Assembly: GCA_029860045.1 (NCBI GenBank)
Contig: JAOUBY010000003.1
Coordinates: 65 to 64,064 of the forward strand
DNA length: 64,000 nt
Reading direction: 5' to 3'
Source: Gammaproteobacteria bacterium
GTDB taxonomy: Bacteria; Pseudomonadota; Gammaproteobacteria; UBA9214
The notes under the pieces: model-generated
Database searches by the model: none
Told to the model about the DNA's origin: nothing
The model's input: the letters and a program-made list of their open reading frames with translations, nothing else
Shown here: piece by piece, positions 26,600-34,233 of the stretch
Layout of the letters: every line of letters begins with the position of its first letter
Numbering within the stretch: the first letter of the stretch is position 1
Position numbers and translations under genes: made by a program

Positions 26600-28579
26600 T
26601 CATTCCTGCCAAAGCAGTTTTTCGAACGGTTTTCTGATAGAGCGCGCTGTCGGGTCGCGACCCGCGCCGATTCTGCCCATGAAGACGGCGTGTTCAACCT
26701 TTTCCGGTAATACCAGTTGTGCAAGCCGGTCGGCCAGTTTCCCTGCCAGTTCCTGACTGTGTTTATTTTCCGAAAACGCCACATTATCCCGTGTGTAGCC
26801 ACTGAATATCAGCGGTGTCATTTCCGGCTGGAGTTTCAGGCCATGCAGGGTGGCCGTCAGCCAGAAACGTTGCACGGCGCGGCCGGCTGCTACAAAGTCA
26901 TCCAGGGTTTCCGCTGGGCGGGATGCCATGATTATAAAATGTGACGCGCATGCGATTCCGGGAATGAAGTCCAGTTCCACGCGCGGAATGAGTGTTCCGC
27001 CCATGAAGCGATTGAGGAAGTCCACGCGCCGCCAGCTGACCATGGCCCAGCGCATCAGCTGCAAGGTCATGGGATCCAGCCCTACCGCCCTGGCGGGAAC
27101 CCGGTCTTCACTGTGCCTGGAATCCCACTGGATGATGGACCTGTGTGTTTCAAAGGCTTCAGGAAGGGTAAGGCGCAGGCCACCATTCTGGAATAGCAGT
27201 CGCGCCATACGCAAACGGTCGCGGAAATCATTGAACCATACAATGCGATATTCACTGCCAACGGCCGTCTCCAGCTGTTCTCGAACGCTGGCAGTAACCG
27301 GCCGGGTTGATAGCGGCCGCCGTTGTACAGTGCGCTCGCTGATAAAGGGCAGCAAGGGATCTTTCTGGATATTCGGGTCAGCAAGGAATGCGACATCGAA
27401 GGTCGGACTGGTCGCAGGCAGTCCCGGGCGTGCCCGGAACTCGGCGTACAGGCCATGGTGACTGGCCGCGATGCTGATGGTTTCAAGCAGCGTGCCCAGT
27501 GCGAGCTGGCTGGCATGGCCCCTCAGGTCGTAGACGCAGTGCTCGCGCGTATCGTGGCCGTGAATAACCGCATGGTGCGGGTCGATAATTTCAAACCGCC
27601 ACGGCTGGCTGTTGTCTCCGCTGGGGGCCCAGCGGGCATGATCCAGTATTTGCCGGGCCACGCTGTTACTGGCTCCGGCTGCTTTGCCCCCGTCAGGGGG
27701 CGGGGCAGATGTTAATTTCTGGCTGAATCTGCGTCTTGCCAGCATGAGGCCAAGTTGTTGCAGCGGGTTTCGATTCCCTCCCGGGCGCCAGGTTGTAACC
27801 AGTTGGTTACGGTAGGCGTCGAAATGAAGGCCGTGTGGTGCGGCAATGACCTTGCCGCGTCCAAGCAGTATTTTCAGTGCCTGGGTGGCCGCAATGCCGG
27901 AGCACAGCTCGCAGGCCATTGGAGTTGATGGCCCCCGGTGTTCGGCAAGCCTGACTGCTGTCGGGTCAACCAGGTAGCGACCCTGCAGCATGGCAGGAGA
28001 AAGGCCGAGCAGGAACCGCAGCAACTGTTCTTCCTCGTCATGGCCATCAAGTTGAAAGTATTCCTCGAACGTCATGCTGCCGGGCAGAAAATTCAATAAC
28101 GCGGCGCCCATGCCAAGCGGTGCAGCGGTAACCGCCGGAACACCCAGCCGGCTGCAGGAATCGAACGCAGCACGTCGTGCCTCAAGGGCAAAAAAATCCA
28201 GACCGTCGATGTACAGGTCAATACCCGTCAGAAAATCATCTGCATTGCCCTGATCAATCCCGTCGGGGAATATTCTCAGGTCAAGCTCCGGGTTGATGTC
28301 CAGCGCACGTTCTGCAAGGGCATCGGTCTTCTTTCTTTCGAGGGTGGAGAGGGCGGCTCCTGCCTGGCGGTTGAAATTCGCGATCTCGAAGGAGTCGAAG
28401 TCAGCCAGTGTGAAGGCGCCGATCCCGAGACGTGTCAGGGTCAGCAGGTGACTGCCCCCGACGCCGCCGAGTCCTGCAATGGCGACACGTTTGGTGCGCA
28501 GTGTGGCTTGCTCTGATGATGTGACCCAGCCGATGTTGCGTGAGAATGCGGCTGTATAGTCGAATTGGCCTGTCGACAT
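26600..28579 (-). CDS. Fusion protein: N-terminal ThiF/MoeB E1-like adenylyltransferase domain plus C-terminal nitroreductase-superfamily (SagB/McbC-like) domain
   Basis: N-terminus RVAIAGLGGVGGSHLLTLTRLGIGAFTLADFDSFEIANFNRQ (E1 Rossmann GxGxxG plus NxxRQ). C-terminal half ARQILDHARWAPSGDNSQPWRF is nitroreductase signature. ATG at 28579 preferred over the TTG at 28600. Confidence 0.8.
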   Translation of the reverse strand: MSTGQFDYTAAFSRNIGWVTSSEQATLRTKRVAIAGLGGVGGSHLLTLTRLGIGAFTLADFDSFEIANFNRQAGAALSTLERKKTDALAERALDINPELDLRIFPDGIDQGNADDFLTGIDLYIDGLDFFALEARRAAFDSCSRLGVPAVTAAPLGMGAALLNFLPGSMTFEEYFQLDGHDEEEQLLRFLLGLSPAMLQGRYLVDPTAVRLAEHRGPSTPMACELCSGIAATQALKILLGRGKVIAAPHGLHFDAYRNQLVTTWRPGGNRNPLQQLGLMLARRRFSQKLTSAPPPDGGKAAGASNSVARQILDHARWAPSGDNSQPWRFEIIDPHHAVIHGHDTREHCVYDLRGHASQLALGTLLETISIAASHHGLYAEFRARPGLPATSPTFDVAFLADPNIQKDPLLPFISERTVQRRPLSTRPVTASVREQLETAVGSEYRIVWFNDFRDRLRMARLLFQNGGLRLTLPEAFETHRSIIQWDSRHSEDRVPARAVGLDPMTLQLMRWAMVSWRRVDFLNRFMGGTLIPRVELDFIPGIACASHFIIMASRPAETLDDFVAAGRAVQRFWLTATLHGLKLQPEMTPLIFSGYTRDNVAFSENKHSQELAGKLADRLAQLVLPEKVEHAVFMGRIGAGRDPTARSIRKPFEKLLWQE

Positions 28580-28848
28580 TAACCTGTTTCCGGGTTGCAA
28601 ATACCAATTTACGACATTGAATTCAGCATGGAAGCAGTTGCTGATCGATTCTGGCGCCCGACATGATTTCTACCAGGCAAAGTTCTGTGGCGCTAATAGT
28701 ATGTTGTGTCAGGTGGTGTGTCTAATGCTATTAAGAGGACTGACCTGGCGACGTCCTTCTGGCGTGACCATGCATTGACCTGTTTAATCGATGCCGGCTT
28801 TTCATGCCTGACCTGAAAGGCGGTTTCAGATGCCGGTATAACGTCAAT

Positions 28849-28864
28849 TGTGACGCTTGTCACA
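28849..28864. promoter_or_regulatory. Perfect CRP/FNR-type palindrome TGTGA-N6-TCACA in a divergent intergenic region
   Basis: TGTGACGCTTGTCACA: both half-sites match the CRP core exactly with 6-nt spacing. It lies between the E1-nitroreductase gene (minus) and acyltransferase gene 1 (plus), about 190 nt from the latter. Confidence 0.45.
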
Positions 28865-29055
28865 GATTAAGGGAGCGCAAGGCAGCTCAGTTGTGGTGTT
28901 GTTCTCAATACAATCAATGTCCTGCCGATAGGATGTTTATTGTTATCCAAGGTTCGCATGTGATGTGTTTGGGTGAGTTCATGGAGAACCTGAGCCTGCC
29001 GACTGAGATGTTCCGGTTACCATCCATAGTGAGTCGTCGTTGAAGAGACGAAAAT

Positions 29056-29829
29056 ATGAGTGATTTGTGTGATTTATTTTTTCAGTACTTTGATGTCATT
29101 CTGGACGATCAGCCGGGTGTTATAGACGAAGCCACCAGACTTCGCTACCAGGTGTATTGCATAGAAAATGATTTTGAGGATGCGTCCCGGTTTGATGATG
29201 ACAGGGAAGTGGATGAGTATGACCGGCGTTCTGTTCACAGTGTTGTCAGGCACAGGAAGCTGGGAGTAACCGCAGCCTCTGTCAGGCTGGTCCTGTCAGA
29301 CCAGGAATGTCCTGAAGCGCTTTTCCCGATCGAGGAGAACTGTGCTGCATCCCTAAAGGCCTGTCCTTCAATCTTTCGTGGTATCCCGCGCAATGCCATA
29401 GCTGAAATATCACGCTTTGCCGTTTCCAAGGATTTCAAGCGCCGGCATGGCGAGGCCGGCAACCCTGCCGGTGTCGGTCCAGACCCGGACCGGTATCTAA
29501 CGCCTGATTTAAACAGGCGGAGAGTCATTCCCCACCTGATCCTGGGTTTATTTGCCGCGATAGTAAAAATGAGTGCAGAGCATCATGTTACCCACTGGTA
29601 TGCCGTGATGGATGTTTCTCTGCTGCGCCTGTTGACCCGCTTTGGTATCAACTTCATGCCCATGGGAGGGCAGGTGGATTACCATGGATTGCGGCAACCC
29701 TGCTTTGGCAGTGTGGACGAGGTGCTGGCCGGGATATGGGAGAAACGCCCGGATATCTGGCGCTTGATCACTGCTGACGGGGTCGTATGGCCAGCCCCGG
29801 CAGATCATGCCGTGAGTGCCGGTGGATAG
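29056..29829 (+). CDS. GNAT-fold N-acyl amino acid synthase/autoinducer-synthase-like acyltransferase (PEP-CTERM/exosortase-associated acyltransferase family), copy 1
   Basis: 257 aa; the RLRYQVYCIENDFED N-terminal block and overall length match FeeM/NasY-type N-acyl amino acid synthases and the exosortase-associated acyltransferase family (TIGR03694-like, from memory). Confidence 0.7.
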   Translation: MSDLCDLFFQYFDVILDDQPGVIDEATRLRYQVYCIENDFEDASRFDDDREVDEYDRRSVHSVVRHRKLGVTAASVRLVLSDQECPEALFPIEENCAASLKACPSIFRGIPRNAIAEISRFAVSKDFKRRHGEAGNPAGVGPDPDRYLTPDLNRRRVIPHLILGLFAAIVKMSAEHHVTHWYAVMDVSLLRLLTRFGINFMPMGGQVDYHGLRQPCFGSVDEVLAGIWEKRPDIWRLITADGVVWPAPADHAVSAGG

Positions 29830-30096
29830 TGTTGGGTGGTAGAACGCTGCGGGTGATTTGATCGATTCGCTTTACCGGTTAGCCAACATAGTCTTCAATC
29901 TGTCCCTCCGGCTTTCCTGTCGCTAGCTAGTGACATTGAAATACCAATAAAAACAGATAGGTATATAAATTATATTAAATGCTGTCGTCACCCGGCGACA
30001 GTTCTGCCGAGCAGAGTGTTGTATTGCCCCGGTTTTACCCTGTGGGCTACCCCATTGATTTTTTAACTCACTGTAATTACTGATTAATAGTGTCTC

Positions 30097-30112
30097 TGGC
30101 ACGATTATCGCA
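30097..30112 (+). promoter_or_regulatory. sigma54 (RpoN) -24/-12 promoter for acyltransferase copy 2
   Basis: TGGCACGattaTCGCA: 7/7 -24 element, canonical GG-N10-GC spacing, -12 TCGCA vs TTGCW. About 100 nt upstream of the ATG at 30215. Confidence 0.6.
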
Positions 30113-30214
30113 TTTCCCATGCGTAATTTAGCTTCATGACATGGAAACAGGCCACTGGGCCGCCGTGTCCATGAGCGAACCGCAAACTACTTTTCCCGGG
30201 TTGATGACAAGCAC

Positions 30215-30970
30215 ATGAGCGAACTCTATAACACGTTTCATAGCCATTTCGACGTGGTCTCGGCGGATACCGTCGGCCTGATGGAGACGGCCTTCAGGAT
30301 GCGTTACCAGGTCTATTGCCTGGAGAGGTCATACGAAGATGCAGAGTCCTTTCCGGACCAAATGGAGATTGACGAGTTCGATATGCACTCGGCCCACAGC
30401 CTGGTGAGGTGCCAGCGATCCGGGCAGTATGCTGGCCTGGTCAGGCTGGTCCTGCCAAATCCGGTAGATATGGACAAGCCGTTACCACTGGAGAAATTCT
30501 GCCACTCTGCCATGCAGAAAGCGGGTATTGATTTATCTTCCATTCCCCGGGACCGCATGGCTGAAATCTCGAGATTTTCGATTTCAAAGGAACTAAAGCG
30601 TCAGTGTGCGCAGAAGTCTGCTGTTTCAGCCACCGGTGATGTTGTTGATGGCGTGGATACCCGGATGACGCCACAAATAGTACTCGGTCTGTTTGCGGGG
30701 GTCGTTCGAATGAGTGCCCAGAACAATATTACTCACTGGTTGGCTGTTATGGAGCCAACCTTGCTCAGGTTCCTTTCACGCTATGGCATCTACTTCCAGA
30801 AGATCGGGCCGGTGATTGACTATCATGGCCGGCGGCAACCGACGGTTGCGAGCATCGATTCAGTATTGTCAGGGATTTATGCCCATCGTAAGGATGTCTG
30901 GGAAGTGATTACTGATTTTGGAAATGTCTGGCCGTTGGATAAGGAAGTCAAACATTTTGCAATGCCGTAG
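30215..30970 (+). CDS. GNAT-fold N-acyl amino acid synthase-like acyltransferase, copy 2 (tandem paralog)
   Basis: 251 aa; alignable to copy 1 throughout (FRMRYQVYCLERSYEDAESFPD...MAEISRFSISKELKR...THWLAVMEPTLLRFLSRYGI). Confidence 0.7.
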   Translation: MSELYNTFHSHFDVVSADTVGLMETAFRMRYQVYCLERSYEDAESFPDQMEIDEFDMHSAHSLVRCQRSGQYAGLVRLVLPNPVDMDKPLPLEKFCHSAMQKAGIDLSSIPRDRMAEISRFSISKELKRQCAQKSAVSATGDVVDGVDTRMTPQIVLGLFAGVVRMSAQNNITHWLAVMEPTLLRFLSRYGIYFQKIGPVIDYHGRRQPTVASIDSVLSGIYAHRKDVWEVITDFGNVWPLDKEVKHFAMP

Positions 30971-31107
30971 CTGGCTACCAGCTCGGCATCCATGCCTTCC
31001 GCGACACTTGCACATCCATGTTATCGCCCATGTAGTCGTCGCAATGACAGGTGAATCAGGGCTTCCTTAGGTAGTATTCCGAGACGGGGGCTCGTGCCTG
31101 CGTCTGC

Positions 31108-32814
31108 TCAGAACGTATAGCGCACGTTGCCATAGACCCTGTCGCTGTCATCGAAACGTCCAAACAGACCGGACGAATTTCCGCCAAATATATCGGCGCC
31201 GACTGCCAGCCACCAGTTATCCGACATCTCCCAGGTCACCTTGGGTCTCGCCATCCAGTCGCTGCGATTCAGGCCGGTTACCAGCAGCAGTTCCGCATCT
31301 ACCCGGTTGGCAATTTCCTTGCTGACGTACAGGCTGACACCGGTTTCCAGTTCATCGAAGAGAATGTCCGAGTCGTGGTCCGTATACCAGCGCTGGAATA
31401 GCTGAACATTCAGCAATGTGCCATTGGTATATGAGTGTTCGAGGCCTACTACATAATCGAGTGTGTCCTGTTGTGTTGCGCCATCCGGGTCGAGAGGGTT
31501 GTCTACAGTAAACCAGCGATCACGTGTATAGACAGCCTCGCCCTTCAGCAGGATGTTGCCAAAATCCTTTGCCACGGTGGCGCCAAGCTGGTGAATCCTG
31601 TCATGCCTGGGAGTGATGGTGAGTCGTGTGGTCATGCCTGTCTCAAGGGTGCTGAAAAACGCGGGAGAGGCATCCATGCTGCGGTAATAAAAGCCGGATA
31701 CATCCCAGCCGTGTTTCAGCATGGAAAGCCGCAGGCCAAATGCGCTGTTGGACAGCTTTTGTGACGGTTTAACATCCCCCTCGATAACCAGTTCATCCAC
31801 ACCGGGTGGTAGTTCTGTGCCCAGGGGGTAGAAATCGTCACCAGGCTTGCCGATCTCGTCATAGGTCATGTAGGGGATCCAGATGGCCTCGGTGTGAAAG
31901 TCCCCCTTGAAGTATTCTGCGCGCGCTGCCCATTGCGGGATACGTATGAGGTCAAAATCCTCTGCGACCAACTGGCGCATATCCTTTGCCGAAACGACAT
32001 CGGCAAAGAACAGTCCAACCATCTCGCCCCAGATAATGTGCTGTCTGCCCAGGCGAAACTCCAGGTCACCTGCCGAGATATCCAGGTAGGTCTCGTGTAG
32101 CGCGCCTTCAAGGCGCCGGTTGTCTTCAACACGGTCAGAATAGAAATTATCCAGGTCAAAGACTGCGTCGTAACTGCCGCGGGCGCTGACCTTCCAGGAA
32201 ACATTCTGGTTGATGCGGTCGCTGGCCTGTAGTTCCAGCGTGTTGCGGAACATCGAGGGGTGGGTAGGTGACGAATAGGTGTGGGCGTATTTTGAGTTGA
32301 AAAATCCCCGGAAATTGTATTTGTCGGTCCCTGCCTTGTCGTTGCTTGCCTGGCTCTCATCCGGGGCCGAGAGGAACAGGTCATCAATGCCGGCAGGCTC
32401 ACCTGGCCCGTCCTCTGCCCTGGCGCTACCGGTGTCCTGTCTCGTGGACGCATTGCTGCTGGCCTCGGCTAGCAATACAGGGGTGCCTGACGATGGGCTG
32501 GTCACAAGAAAACCGGGGATGTCCATGGCATCGAGCCGTTTGTGCATATATTCTGCAGTTGCCCGTTCCGGGTAGGGCCCAACCCGGACGCGGGTCAGCG
32601 ATCTTGAGCCTTTATCATTAATAATGGTGGTTGCGGGGAAACCCTGCTGCTCCAGTTTTTCCACAAACTGGGTGGCCTGGCCCTGGTCCCTGAAGGCGCC
32701 AACCTGGACGGTGTAATCGGCGCGGGAGATGATCTGGAACTGCATCATGCCGAGAGTTGCGAGGGCTGTGATGATCCAGTGTCGGGTTCGATTTAGTCGT
32801 GTCGATTTATTCAT
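31108..32814 (-). CDS. Outer-membrane beta-barrel protein with N-terminal SPOR (peptidoglycan-binding) domain
   Basis: After the signal peptide, YTVQVGAFRDQGQATQFVEKLEQQGFPATT...RVRVGPYPERATAE is a SPOR domain. It is followed by about 400 aa with alternating amphipathic strands ending in the C-terminal Phe motif ...NVRYTF typical of OM barrels. Confidence 0.7.
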   Translation of the reverse strand: MNKSTRLNRTRHWIITALATLGMMQFQIISRADYTVQVGAFRDQGQATQFVEKLEQQGFPATTIINDKGSRSLTRVRVGPYPERATAEYMHKRLDAMDIPGFLVTSPSSGTPVLLAEASSNASTRQDTGSARAEDGPGEPAGIDDLFLSAPDESQASNDKAGTDKYNFRGFFNSKYAHTYSSPTHPSMFRNTLELQASDRINQNVSWKVSARGSYDAVFDLDNFYSDRVEDNRRLEGALHETYLDISAGDLEFRLGRQHIIWGEMVGLFFADVVSAKDMRQLVAEDFDLIRIPQWAARAEYFKGDFHTEAIWIPYMTYDEIGKPGDDFYPLGTELPPGVDELVIEGDVKPSQKLSNSAFGLRLSMLKHGWDVSGFYYRSMDASPAFFSTLETGMTTRLTITPRHDRIHQLGATVAKDFGNILLKGEAVYTRDRWFTVDNPLDPDGATQQDTLDYVVGLEHSYTNGTLLNVQLFQRWYTDHDSDILFDELETGVSLYVSKEIANRVDAELLLVTGLNRSDWMARPKVTWEMSDNWWLAVGADIFGGNSSGLFGRFDDSDRVYGNVRYTF

Positions 32815-33422
32815 GCCTTGTTTTCCCGCATGGTGAGCAGCCTGGGTCAGGCTACATGTGGCTGGTAATGGGTTGCCTGATATTAAATGAACAACGAAGG
32901 CAAATGATACAGCATGATATCCGACTGCTCATCTCTATGAATGATGAACATGGCGTAAGGATTGGTCTGCAGTCAACTCATTGTCTGGCTGGATGGCTAC
33001 GCGTTGCATATCCAAAGGCCAGCTTGTCCGGCACCATGTGCCAGCGCTTCCCTGGATATTAGCTGACTTCAGTTGAAGTTTTGGGTCCGTACACAATGTG
33101 TTCGGCGGTGTGTTCTGAAAGCGCTGTCAATAATGGCCCGTGTTCGCCAATGCTGGGCCGCAGCATCAAGTGTGCATGTGCCACCACACCTTACTCGGTA
33201 CATATACTGAAGAAGAAGTCTTAGTCTTTGTAAAGTATGAATTTTTCATATGAATTTTAGTACTAAAGGCCAAGTGACATTTAATACCGCAGGTATTATA
33301 GTCTCAAGGGCTAGGTGACTGATATTTGACGTTAAATTGGCCTGAATAAATTTGTGTCTCGGCCGAGGATAAGTAAAGAAATAGAGAATTATTCAGCAAT
33401 CGTTATCCACAGGGGTTCAACT

Positions 33423-34058
33423 ATGAACACTATTAAATCTTCCTCAGCCATCATCAAGGCTGGTGTTGTCTTCATGATTTTGCTGGGTCTATCGGGATGT
33501 GCGACAACCGACTATCCCCCGCTTGAGGGCGGGCCGGCCCCCGCCCAGGTAACGCCGGACTATCTCATCGGTGCGGGTGACAGCGTCGAAATCTTTGTCT
33601 GGCGTAATCCGGAGCTGTCGAGCGGTGTGACGGTGCGTCCGGATGGCAAGATTACGACCCCTCTGATCGAGGATGTTCCCGCCAGCGGCAAGACGCCGAC
33701 CCAGTTGGCGAGAGACATGGAACAGGAACTCTCGGCCTACGTAAAGAACCCGGTCGTCACCGTCATGGTTGGCGGTTTTGTGGGTCCCTACAGCGAGCAG
33801 ATCCGTGTGGTCGGCCAGGCGGCCAACCCGCAGGCACTGCCTTATCGCGACCAGATGACAATGCTGGATCTGGTTATCGCAGTGGGTGGCTTGACGGAAT
33901 TCGCAGACGGTAATCGCTCAAGCATCGTGCGGGTGGTCGATGGGGAATGGAAACAGTTTGGTGTGCGCATCGATGACCTTGTCAACGGAGCGGATATCAG
34001 TGCCAATGCCTATGTGCTGCCTGGCGATATTCTGATCGTCCCCGAATCATGGTTCTAG
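33423..34058 (+). CDS. Polysaccharide export outer-membrane lipoprotein, Wza-like (PEP-CTERM locus EpsE-type exporter)
   Basis: Lipobox LLGLSGC. Poly_export domain motifs (YLIGAGDSVEIFVW...VTVRPDGKITTPLIEDVPASGKTPTQL) and a soluble ligand-binding beta-grasp region. Confidence 0.85.
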   Translation: MNTIKSSSAIIKAGVVFMILLGLSGCATTDYPPLEGGPAPAQVTPDYLIGAGDSVEIFVWRNPELSSGVTVRPDGKITTPLIEDVPASGKTPTQLARDMEQELSAYVKNPVVTVMVGGFVGPYSEQIRVVGQAANPQALPYRDQMTMLDLVIAVGGLTEFADGNRSSIVRVVDGEWKQFGVRIDDLVNGADISANAYVLPGDILIVPESWF

Positions 34059-34233
34059 TAAATATTCCCCGGTCACTGCCGGCAGGGCTCTGAGATATTG
34101 CAGCAGTTGACGAACAGGAAACAACAGACTGGACATTTCTGGCCTCGAGGGGCTCAAGGATCCGGCAGGGTAAGACAACTCCTCTCGAAATGTGGAGGGA
34201 ACACTCTGGTGGAAATAGGGACATTATTCTGGC

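Noticed and set aside
28804-29043. 79-aa ORF overlapping the divergent regulatory region and the CRP-like site
   Set aside because: No RBS or family features. It occupies space needed for promoters of the flanking genes.
32994-33008. TGGCTACGCGTTGCA upstream of the Wza-like operon, and TGGCGTGACCATGCA (28760..28774) upstream of acyltransferase 1, as sigma54 promoters
   Set aside because: Both have 9-nt rather than 10-nt spacing between the GG and GC dinucleotides, and sigma54 is intolerant of spacing changes.
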